Positions 42,328-50,256 of a DNA stretch of 64,000 nucleotides are shown in pieces (positions within the stretch are counted from its first letter, which is position 1; the number at the start of each line of letters is the position of its first letter). Under the pieces are notes generated by a model. That model made no database searches, was not told the DNA's origin, and saw nothing but the letters and a program-made list of their open reading frames with translations. Made by a program: the position numbers and the translations under genes. The stretch lies in IMG/VR virus record IMGVR_UViG_3300020020_000028, positions 9,961-73,960 of that record. One strand, given 5' to 3'. The stretch is from a virus.

Positions 42328-42477
42328 ATCTCGGGTCGCAGTCGTAGAGTTATCCCAGGAACGAGTGCCCTTCGGGGCATGCGTGGTTCGAATCCCGCTC
42401 CTCTCGAATCAGTGAGAGGATGGCGAAACTGGCAGACGCGCTCGTATTTAGTTCTGCGGCGAATACTTATCCGAGAT
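42328..42477 (+). ncRNA. Y-RNA-like unit 6; cargo = permuted tRNA-Leu(CAG)-like
   Basis: CCCAGGA-ACGAG, variable arm TGCCC-TTCG-GGGCA, T arm, TCCTCTC/GAGAGGA acceptor, Leu-type D loop, CTCGT. Confidence 0.85.
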
Positions 42478-42485
42478 GTGTTTCT

Positions 42486-42600
42486 CCACGGGTCGCGGCT
42501 GTATGGTTATCATTGGTTGAAACTCTGGCCTAAGCCGAAAGGCGTCAAGCCGGAGGGAGGTTCGAATCCTCAATATCCCATACGCACACTTTATCCGTGG
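42486..42600 (+). ncRNA. Y-RNA-like unit 7; long stem + T-arm cargo
   Basis: CCACGG/CCGTGG; CTCTGGC/GCCGGAG; GAGG-TTCGAAT-CCTC. Confidence 0.8.
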
Positions 42601-42695
42601 GTTTGTAGGCAGATGAGCGCGATCTGCCGTCAGCCGGGAGAGACTACTCGTTGCGCTGGTTGCAACCATCAACGACGTTTCTCCCTTGCTGTTTC

Positions 42696-42788
42696 TCCGT
42701 GGGTCGCTGTTTGGAAGGTTATCTTTTTGCCAAAAAAAGGGAGTTGGGTGAAACCCCTGACACCCTTCTGACGATCTTTATCCACGGA
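42696..42788 (+). ncRNA. Y-RNA-like unit 8; cargo with TTGCCAA loop + short hairpin
   Basis: TCCGTGG/CCACGGA; TTT-TTGCCAA-AAA; GGG-TGAAA-CCC. Confidence 0.8.
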
Positions 42789-42793
42789 ACTTC

Positions 42794-42927
42794 TCAGCGG
42801 GTCGCCGGTGACGATTATCTTCTGTCGTAGGTTCGACTCCTACTCTGCTAGGCAACTAGTAGATAGCTCAGTTGGTAGAGCAAAGACGGTATCCACTCCG
42901 TTTCGTCGCTGACTCTTTATCCGCTGA
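42794..42927 (+). ncRNA. Y-RNA-like unit 9; YrlA-type cargo, acceptor closed by GCAA tetraloop
   Basis: TCAGCGG/CCGCTGA; GTAGG-TTCGACT-CCTAC; TCTGCTAG-GCAA-CTAGTAGA; D arm. Confidence 0.85.
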
Positions 42928-43017
42928 ATTTTTTTCAACTCAAGGCGTGGTGTTCTCTGAAAAGAGGCGCAGCTTCCGGAAGCTAGATCTGAAGTGACAG
43001 ATCTCTTGAGTATTTCT

Positions 43018-43085
43018 TTGACGGGTCGATGATTGAGGATTATCTTATAACGATAAAAATCCTTAGTCGATCACTTATCCGTCAA
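43018..43085 (+). ncRNA. Y-RNA-like unit 10; hairpin cargo with loop TTATAAC
   Basis: TTGACGG/CCGTCAA; GATTGAGGAT/ATCCTTAGTC. Confidence 0.85.
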
Positions 43086-43095
43086 TTTCCGATTC

Positions 43096-43158
43096 TTGAC
43101 GGGTCGAATGTGTAGGGTTATCTAGTTAATGATCCCTGCCGATTCACTTATCCGTCAA
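43096..43158 (+). ncRNA. Y-RNA-like unit 11; minimal cargo
   Basis: TTGACGG/CCGTCAA; GTAGGG/CCCTGC. Confidence 0.8.
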
Positions 43159-43172
43159 CTCAAGATCGATAC

Positions 43173-43243
43173 GTCCGGGTCGATAGGGTAGGGTTACCAT
43201 GATCACCAATCATCCACAGCCCTGCTTGACAACTTATCCGGAC
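43173..43243 (+). ncRNA. Y-RNA-like unit 12; hairpin cargo ATGAT-CACCA-ATCAT
   Basis: GTCCGG/CCGGAC; GGGTAGGGT/GCCCTGCTT. Confidence 0.8.
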
Positions 43244-43250
43244 ACTGTTA

Positions 43251-43364
43251 GTAGAGGGTCGCGGTTTTATCGGTTATCAAGGTTCGACTCCTTCCTCACC
43301 CAACTCTGTGGGTGGGGAAGCCTGAAATGGTCAGGCACTCCGATGAACAATCTTTATCCTCTAC
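43251..43364 (+). ncRNA. Y-RNA-like unit 13; T arm + 9-bp acceptor-like stem + D-like arm
   Basis: GTAGAGG/CCTCTAC; AAGG-TTCGACT-CCTT; CCTCACCCA/TGGGTGGGG; GCCTG/CAGGC. Confidence 0.8.
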
Positions 43365-43383
43365 GTTTTGAAAGGTGTGGGAC

Positions 43384-45111
43384 ATGACAGTTAACTACGC
43401 GAAGCACTACAACAAGAAGCAGACGCCGCAGAGCGAGAAGATTCCGGGCGAGAAGCAGGTGGCGAACAACGCTGGAGGCTACGTCTACGAGGTAGACAAG
43501 TGGCAGCGTCTCGCACGGTTCTTGATCCTCGGCACGGACGGCGGCACGTACTACGTCAGCGAGCGAAAGCTCACGCGTGAGAATGCACAGGTTGTCGAAG
43601 CCTGTCTCGCGACGGACGGCGGACGTACGATTGCGGAGATCATCGAGATCTCTCAGACTGGTCGTGCGCCGAAGAACGATCAGGCGGTCTTTGCACTGGC
43701 GCTTGCAGCCTCCGTGCAGGTTCCGGACGCTAGTGGTGTGTCCGCAGAGTCGATCCGTAGCATGGCGCTCGATGCACTGCCGAAGGTCTGCCGGATCCCG
43801 ACGCATCTCTTTCAGTTCATGACGGCGATCAAGGCGATGCGTGGTAGCTCGCGTATGCTCCGTCGTGCACTCGGAGAGTGGTACTCGCAGTGGGACGCAA
43901 ATAAGCTCGCCTACGAACTGGTGAAGTACCAGTCGCGCGAGGGATGGGCGAATCGTGACGTGCTGCGTCTCGCGCACCCGAAGATGTCCGCAGAACATCA
44001 GGCGGTGGTGCGATGGGCTGTCTGCGGCCATGAAGCTGCGGCATCTCCTGGCCCTCGTGAGGTGAAGCGCGCGAAGGAAGATACGCGCACGTCGCGCATC
44101 TATCAGCCGGTTGCTGATGTGCCGAACATCATCGCGGCCTTCGAGTTGGCCAAGACGAAGCCGCCGGTTGAATTGCTTGTGCGTTTGATCCGCGAGCATG
44201 GTCTGACGCGAGAGATGCTGCCGACGGAGTGTCTGAACGAGGTCGCGGTATGGGAGGCATTGCTCGAAAAGATGCCGCTCACGGCGATGATCCGCAATCT
44301 CGGCAAGATGTCTTCGTTGGGGATCTTCGAGCCGTTGAAGTCCAGCGCATGGTCCAAGCACGTGGTCGAGAGGATCACCTCTCAGGAGAACTTGCGGAAG
44401 TCTCGCGTGCATCCGCTGTTCATCTTGAATGCGATGAAGACCTATGCGCAGGGCCACGGTGACAAGGGGTCGTTGAAGTGGACCCCGGCTGCGAAGATCG
44501 TGGACGCGCTCGATGCGGCGTTCTACGAAGCCTTCGGCAACGTGGAGCCCACCGGCAAAAACGTGATGCTGGCGCTCGACGTGAGTGGATCGATGGGTTC
44601 GCTCATCGGTGGCACGAGTCTGTCCTGCCGTGAGGCGTGTGCGGCACTTGCACTCGTCACGCAGGCTGTCGAAGACAACGTGCAGATCGTTGGGTTCACC
44701 AACGGCGGGTCTGTGGCTCGACGTTCGCAGTGGGGTGGATACCTGAGCGGGATTTCTCCGCTCAAGATCTCGAAGCGTCAGCGTCTCGATGACGTAGTGA
44801 AGTACATCGCTGGACTGAACTTCGGAGGCACGGACTGCGCCCTGCCGATGATCTACGCGGAGAGCGAGAAGCTCGATGTCGATGGGTTCGTGGTCTACAC
44901 GGACAACGAGACGTGGGCGGGAGATATCCACCCGTCGCAGGCGCTGCGAAGCTACCGAGCGAAGCAGAACAAGCCGGAGGCGGCACAGGTAGTCGTGGGC
45001 ATGACGGCGAGTGGATTCACGATTGCTTCTCCTGATGATCCTAGAACACTTGATGTGGTAGGCTTCGATCTCGCCACTCCGACGGCGATTTCGGCGTTTA
45101 TCAAAGGGTAA
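43384..45111 (+). CDS. rsr: Ro60/TROVE-vWA RNA-binding protein
   Basis: QVANNAGGYVY, RLARFLILGTDGGTYY, KYQSREGW, MPLTAMIRNLGKM, LALDVSGSM (MIDAS), YTDNETW, DVVGFD. Confidence 0.95.
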   Translation: MTVNYAKHYNKKQTPQSEKIPGEKQVANNAGGYVYEVDKWQRLARFLILGTDGGTYYVSERKLTRENAQVVEACLATDGGRTIAEIIEISQTGRAPKNDQAVFALALAASVQVPDASGVSAESIRSMALDALPKVCRIPTHLFQFMTAIKAMRGSSRMLRRALGEWYSQWDANKLAYELVKYQSREGWANRDVLRLAHPKMSAEHQAVVRWAVCGHEAAASPGPREVKRAKEDTRTSRIYQPVADVPNIIAAFELAKTKPPVELLVRLIREHGLTREMLPTECLNEVAVWEALLEKMPLTAMIRNLGKMSSLGIFEPLKSSAWSKHVVERITSQENLRKSRVHPLFILNAMKTYAQGHGDKGSLKWTPAAKIVDALDAAFYEAFGNVEPTGKNVMLALDVSGSMGSLIGGTSLSCREACAALALVTQAVEDNVQIVGFTNGGSVARRSQWGGYLSGISPLKISKRQRLDDVVKYIAGLNFGGTDCALPMIYAESEKLDVDGFVVYTDNETWAGDIHPSQALRSYRAKQNKPEAAQVVVGMTASGFTIASPDDPRTLDVVGFDLATPTAISAFIKG

Positions 45112-45181
45112 CTGCTACGGTGCTGAGCCGTGGTGGCGCGGGATTCGCTGAGGTGAGGAGCCTCGGCGGTCCCGCATCTTT

Positions 45182-45257
45182 TGGCCGGTAGCTCAGTTGG
45201 TAGAGCGCACGGCTGTTAACCGTGTGGTCGCAAGTTCGAATCTTGCTCGGCCAGCCA
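45182..45257 (+). tRNA. tRNA-Asn(GTT)
   Basis: 76-nt cloverleaf, CACGG-CTGTTAA-CCGTG, ends GCCA. Confidence 0.95.
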
Positions 45258-45982
45258 ATCTGGAGATGAAATGGAATCACGAAGCGATGATGCCAGTCTC
45301 ATAACAGGTGTCTTCGTCGCGGGTATTGTGATCGGTTACGCACTAGCGTTGTTGACTATCTTATAATGAACAAACACATAAACTGGTCACTCGTTCTAAT
45401 CACTACGTGGTTGATTATCTTCACAGGTTTGATCGTCGCCGCACGCAATCAAGCCGTCGAGAAAACACCTTATCACCGAACCACAGAGTGGGAACTCCGC
45501 TGGAATCTCAAGGTCATTGATACCGCGGGTGTGTGTCTCTACATCTACGAAGGTCAAGGTATCGCCGCTGTGCCGAAAACGCAGTTACCTCCGGGAGTCG
45601 GATGTCAATGAACTGTCCTGGCTGTGGCGAGGAACTGATACAAGAGGATTCTATTCTAGAGTTCTCGTATCTCTGCGCGGCGTGCGGTGATCGATTCAAT
45701 AAGAATTACGATTCGATGAAGGAGTCAGAAACGATGGCGAACAGTGCAATGGTCAACAGACGTTCGGATCCGGATGGGAATCTCGAAACACGGTTCCGAT
45801 GCGATGTTCGCGACGCGCTGGATATGGACATGTTCACGCGAGACGGACAGATCATCGACGAGATCAAGAAGCTGAAGCGCGAGATCAAGAGATTGGAACT
45901 CGCTGATCGTTTCCACACACATACAGCAACAAAAGAAGATATCGAAGCCCACCTCAAGAGTCTGATCGCTAAAGGTTGATCG

Positions 45983-46774
45983 ATGCAACAAACCAAAGAC
46001 ATGGCGGAGCGGAACACGATTCTTCGCGTTCCTGCCGGTAGTACTCTCCACGGGTTGCATATCCCCGGCACAGACGATCAGGACGAGGTCGGTGTCTGTA
46101 TCGAGGATATTCAATCCGCGATTGGATTCTCGGAGTTCGAGCAATTCATTTACCGCACGGCTGCTGAACGTGAAGGTAAGCACGATGCGCCGAGTCAGGC
46201 TGGCGATCTTGATCTGACCATCTTCAGTCTGCGAAAATTCTTGCGTCTTGCGATGCAGGGCAATCCCCAGATTCTGCAATGCTTGTTCGTGCCTCAATCT
46301 CTGTGCCTACAACGTGATTCACGTGGCGCGCAGTTACAGGAGATGGCGCCGTTGATCGTGAGTCGTCAAGCGGGTGCTCGGTATCTTGGGTACCTTGAGG
46401 CGCAACGGCAACGACTCCTCGGAGAACGGGGTCAGAAGAAAACGAATCGTCCGGAACTCGAAGCCAAACACGGCTTCGATACTAAGTACGCGATGCACAT
46501 CTTGCGCCTGGGTTTTCAAGGTGTGGAATTGATGTCCACCGGTCGTCTCACGTTGCCGATGAACGAAGAGGATCGAAAGTTCACCTACGCTGTTCGTTGC
46601 GGTGAAATTCCGTTACAAGATGCACTGACCAAAGCCGGGGAACTGGAACGTCAGATCAAAGATCTACTCCACGACGCACCAATTCCCGCACAACCCGCGC
46701 GTGAAGAAATCGAAGCGTGGATGGTATCGATGTATCTGGAAAATTGGAAGGCGCGTGAAACGGTTCATGCCTGA
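45983..46774 (+). CDS. Pol-beta-superfamily nucleotidyltransferase (RlaP-like)
   Basis: GSTLHGL...DDQDEVGV, KFLRLAMQGNP, DTKYAMHILRL. Confidence 0.8.
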   Translation: MQQTKDMAERNTILRVPAGSTLHGLHIPGTDDQDEVGVCIEDIQSAIGFSEFEQFIYRTAAEREGKHDAPSQAGDLDLTIFSLRKFLRLAMQGNPQILQCLFVPQSLCLQRDSRGAQLQEMAPLIVSRQAGARYLGYLEAQRQRLLGERGQKKTNRPELEAKHGFDTKYAMHILRLGFQGVELMSTGRLTLPMNEEDRKFTYAVRCGEIPLQDALTKAGELERQIKDLLHDAPIPAQPAREEIEAWMVSMYLENWKARETVHA

Positions 46775-48878
46775 CCTTCCTCCCGGTACCGGGCTTCCAC
46801 CTACAGCCCTAGACATCCTCTTCGGCTACGCGGCTGAGACAGCGTCTGAGGCCCCCAAACTGGCCCCGAAGCCTCAGCCCTCCCCCGGCTCAGAACCTCC
46901 TGTCCTGAGCCAGCCTAGCCAGCCAGACGGCCCTTCAGAGCCTTCTGTTCTAGACATCTTCCTCGGGCCTGTCTCCGTGGGTCCTCCCTCCCCTCGGGCT
47001 TCGATCCCGGTTGCTGAATGGAGGCAACAGGAGCCTCCGTGTCTCGATGGTATCGATGATATCGCATTGAATTTTGAAACCGACGGATTGGATTGGAGTA
47101 AAGGACATCGACCAATCGGAGTCACGGTGGGGACGCTCGACGGATTGATGAAACGATTCCTTCCCTTCAGATTCGCGGGTGGAAATCTCGATGAAGAAGT
47201 CGTGAAGCGATGGGCGGATCGAGAACTGCGAGGGAAGAATATCGTCAATGCCCGTACGAAGTTCGAAGTTCACATGGCTCGCGAGTGGGGCATCGATCTC
47301 GAAGAACGTGGCAATACTGTCTCGGATGTGCAACTGTGGGCCGCACTCATCGATGATCATCGGAAGCGATTCAATCTCGATTTGTTGATGGAAGACTTCT
47401 GCAATGAGAAAGGCCCACCACGTGTCGATGAAACACGCATGGCAACCTACCATGCGGGGAGCGTCGGCCTCCGCGCAGAATATCAAGTAGAGGCTATCGC
47501 TCGGTTACGTGACGAGATGTGGCCGATGATGGATGATCAAGATCTTCATGCCGTGAGGCAACTAGAAGATGATGTGATCTATCCACTCTGCGAGATGGAA
47601 AAGAATGGATCACTGATTGACGTGGAACAACTCCATGTCATGAGCCAGGAATTCAAATCCATCTACGGGCGTCTGATGATCGAGATGTCGGAGGAATTAG
47701 GATTCGCCTTCGCACATACGAATAAAGGATGGTCGAAGGTCTTTGACCATCTGCACCTCACGCCCTCTGATAGCTATGATGAAGAATTTCTGTCCTCGGT
47801 TGATCATCCCACAGTGAGAAAGGGCTATCTCGCAGCCCAATACGCATCCCTCAACTCCAAGAGCTTTGCACCCTATCTCGAACAGATTGATTCAGAAGGT
47901 ATTCTTCGTTACGACATCAATCAATTGCGGGGTGAAAAAGGTGGGACCGTCAGTGGGCGGTTCTCTATCGGCTACGTGCAACAGGTGCCGAACCACGATA
48001 ATCATCATGCGGCCTTCGGTGATCAAAGTATCAATCCTGATGATTGTCCGGGCATCTGTCCGCTGTTTCCACGTCGATTATTCCGGAGTTTGACCGGAGA
48101 GTATCTCGAAGCCGATGCGAGTCAGATCGAGTACCGGCTGTTCGCGCATCACGCGAACAACAAAGAAGTGATCGACGCGTACGCACAAGACCCTCGGCTC
48201 TCCTTTCATAAAATGACGTGGAACATGATGAAGGTCTACAAGCCTGACATGCTCTACAGTCATCAAAAGAATTTCAACTTCGCCAAGATGTACGGCGCCC
48301 GTTCAGTGAAGCTCGCGATCATGATGGGCTTCATTACGGAAGCGGAGGGCGCAGCCATTCGGAAGGCGAAGGCCTGGAAAGATCCACGACTCGCGCAGAT
48401 CCAACAGATCGAAGCCGCCTACAAGCGGATGATGCCAGAAGCCGATGCCCTGCTGGATAAAGCCTCCCACCTCGCAATGTCTGAGTGCGACGAAACGTGT
48501 TTGAATGATGATGGGAGTATCAAAAGACATCTCGTGGCGATCCACAAGCAGTTCCCGCATCGTGGATACGTCAAAACGTTGTTAGGGAGACGGAGTCGAT
48601 TTCCCTCGAATTACAAAACGTATATCGGTTTGAACCGTGTGATTCAAGGCACGGCTGCCGACATCATGAAGCAGAAGCTCGTGGAGTTGCATCGGGCGCG
48701 TAAGCATACCGGGCTGCTATTGCGGTTGACGGTGCACGATGCGGTCGCTGGTGATTGTCAGATGCGAGAGACGAAGGCAAGAGTACAGGAGATTCTCAAT
48801 CATCAGTCGTTTCCGGAACTGAAGGTGCCGATCTTGTGGGGAACGAAGACGGGTCCGAATTGGGCGGAGTGTCGATAA
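46767..48878 (+). CDS. polA: Family A DNA polymerase
   Basis: TVSGRFS, EADASQIEYR (motif A), KNFNFAKMYG (B), TVHDA (C), NRVIQGTAADIMK. Confidence 0.9.
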   Translation: MPDLPPGTGLPPTALDILFGYAAETASEAPKLAPKPQPSPGSEPPVLSQPSQPDGPSEPSVLDIFLGPVSVGPPSPRASIPVAEWRQQEPPCLDGIDDIALNFETDGLDWSKGHRPIGVTVGTLDGLMKRFLPFRFAGGNLDEEVVKRWADRELRGKNIVNARTKFEVHMAREWGIDLEERGNTVSDVQLWAALIDDHRKRFNLDLLMEDFCNEKGPPRVDETRMATYHAGSVGLRAEYQVEAIARLRDEMWPMMDDQDLHAVRQLEDDVIYPLCEMEKNGSLIDVEQLHVMSQEFKSIYGRLMIEMSEELGFAFAHTNKGWSKVFDHLHLTPSDSYDEEFLSSVDHPTVRKGYLAAQYASLNSKSFAPYLEQIDSEGILRYDINQLRGEKGGTVSGRFSIGYVQQVPNHDNHHAAFGDQSINPDDCPGICPLFPRRLFRSLTGEYLEADASQIEYRLFAHHANNKEVIDAYAQDPRLSFHKMTWNMMKVYKPDMLYSHQKNFNFAKMYGARSVKLAIMMGFITEAEGAAIRKAKAWKDPRLAQIQQIEAAYKRMMPEADALLDKASHLAMSECDETCLNDDGSIKRHLVAIHKQFPHRGYVKTLLGRRSRFPSNYKTYIGLNRVIQGTAADIMKQKLVELHRARKHTGLLLRLTVHDAVAGDCQMRETKARVQEILNHQSFPELKVPILWGTKTGPNWAECR

Positions 48879-49822
48879 TGCAGAGAAATTTCGCTTCAAG
48901 TCCTAAAGATGCGCTTCAATGTCTTGTTGACCTTATCGAAACTACAAAGAAAATCCGCAAAGATGTTTCTATTCATAAAACGATTAAAGGAACAACGTTA
49001 GGTTTTGTTGTAGAGGAAAAAGACACATGGGATCGTATGCTTCGACCGGGCTTACCTGTTTATTATTGGACACATAAAACAGCATCATTAGTTCTTCAGG
49101 CTTCTCATGGTTATCCTCTTGATACAACAGAAACTGTTGATCTACCTGAAATTGTAAATAGATTCAAGGCTGGAGAAAAAGTTCCTCCGCCAACATTTAT
49201 GCCAAAAGTTCCAAGAGGATTTGCGGTTTTTGATAAACCTCTTTTATTTATAGACGTGAACGGTAATCAACATCCTATAAGTGCCTTGATGTGGGAGTTA
49301 GTCTTTTGGAAGACATCAGAAATTCCTATTAGGATGAGTCTTGCAATTCGTGGTATCGAGTGGATTGGAACAGTTGCATGTCCATGTTTTTGGGCTGATT
49401 TTGCATTAGGAGATCCTCAAGAAAAAAATCTTCAAATCCTGACCACGGATCCAAATCACACATTCAAAAAAGAACAAGCTATTTTCACAAAATGGATTTG
49501 CACAGCATCGACATTTATAGAACAGAATATTCTCTCTGTGTCGGCGAATATTGTGGGCAAGGCCACTGCTCGTAGACTACCTCCAGATTTTGAACCGATC
49601 TGTCATGTGATAACACTCCGAAAGACTATTCATGATCATGTAGAAGGAGAAGAATCGTTTGTCGAGTGGTCCCACCGATGGTTAGTCCGAGGTCACTGGA
49701 GACAACAATATTTTCCATCCTCAAATACTCACGCACCAGTTTGGATCTCCCCTTACGTTAAAGGACCGGAAGATAAACCGTTTAAAACTCCGCTACCAAC
49801 GGTCTATGCTGTCACTAAATAA
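48878..49822 (+). CDS. AT-rich hypothetical protein with HRWLVRGHWR motif
   Basis: TAATG coupling; C-terminal VRGHWRQQ..WISPYVKGP. Confidence 0.7.
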   Translation: MQRNFASSPKDALQCLVDLIETTKKIRKDVSIHKTIKGTTLGFVVEEKDTWDRMLRPGLPVYYWTHKTASLVLQASHGYPLDTTETVDLPEIVNRFKAGEKVPPPTFMPKVPRGFAVFDKPLLFIDVNGNQHPISALMWELVFWKTSEIPIRMSLAIRGIEWIGTVACPCFWADFALGDPQEKNLQILTTDPNHTFKKEQAIFTKWICTASTFIEQNILSVSANIVGKATARRLPPDFEPICHVITLRKTIHDHVEGEESFVEWSHRWLVRGHWRQQYFPSSNTHAPVWISPYVKGPEDKPFKTPLPTVYAVTK

Positions 49823-49824
49823 AC

Positions 49825-49853
49825 TAGACTTTCCTTTTAACCTATGCTATAGT
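49825..49853 (+). promoter_or_regulatory. Promoter
   Basis: TAGACT-17-TATAGT, CTTTTAA in spacer, TG extension. Confidence 0.65.
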
Positions 49854-49866
49854 CCCGTAAACTACC

Positions 49867-50253
49867 GTGTCTAAACGCGAAGCCAGTCTGAAGTCAGCTT
49901 TCTTTCGAAAGCTGAAGGTCGCCTGCCCGACCTTCTACGTTCTCGGCCACAACAACCGCGCGGCCCCGGACAAAGCGATTCACGGCGCACATCGAGTCAC
50001 GACATGGGAGTTTAAACACGCAACACCGTATTTCACGTCTCACGCGGATCAAGTGTTGTTCTGTATGCGTCTGGCCCACGTGAATCACTGCCGCTACGTA
50101 ATCTGGTGGGAGACATCGAGTGGGACCGGGCAGCGAACGCTCATCGTGCATCCGAGAATGATTCACGAAGGCAAGTTGATTCCAGATGCGGAGTGCGCGG
50201 GGTTCGATCACGATTGGCTGGTTGATCAAGTGAAACGTGCTCATAGAGGATAA
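49867..50253 (+). CDS. VRR-NUC-like nuclease
   Basis: E..PD...EFK..Q pattern. Confidence 0.5.
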   Translation: MSKREASLKSAFFRKLKVACPTFYVLGHNNRAAPDKAIHGAHRVTTWEFKHATPYFTSHADQVLFCMRLAHVNHCRYVIWWETSSGTGQRTLIVHPRMIHEGKLIPDAECAGFDHDWLVDQVKRAHRG

Positions 50254-50256
50254 CGG

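Noticed and set aside
41070-43364. CRISPR array or integron attC-type cassette array
   Set aside because: Repeats are not identical direct repeats, spacing is irregular, no cas or integrase gene is in the window, and G:U pairs plus tRNA motifs point to RNA-level structure
41202-43387. ORF-track ORFs across the array (e.g. 42379-42771, 41997-42263)
   Set aside because: They overlap tRNA and structured RNAs and lack RBS or protein motifs
43354-44931. 525-aa minus-strand ORF
   Set aside because: Antisense shadow of the codon-biased Ro60 gene
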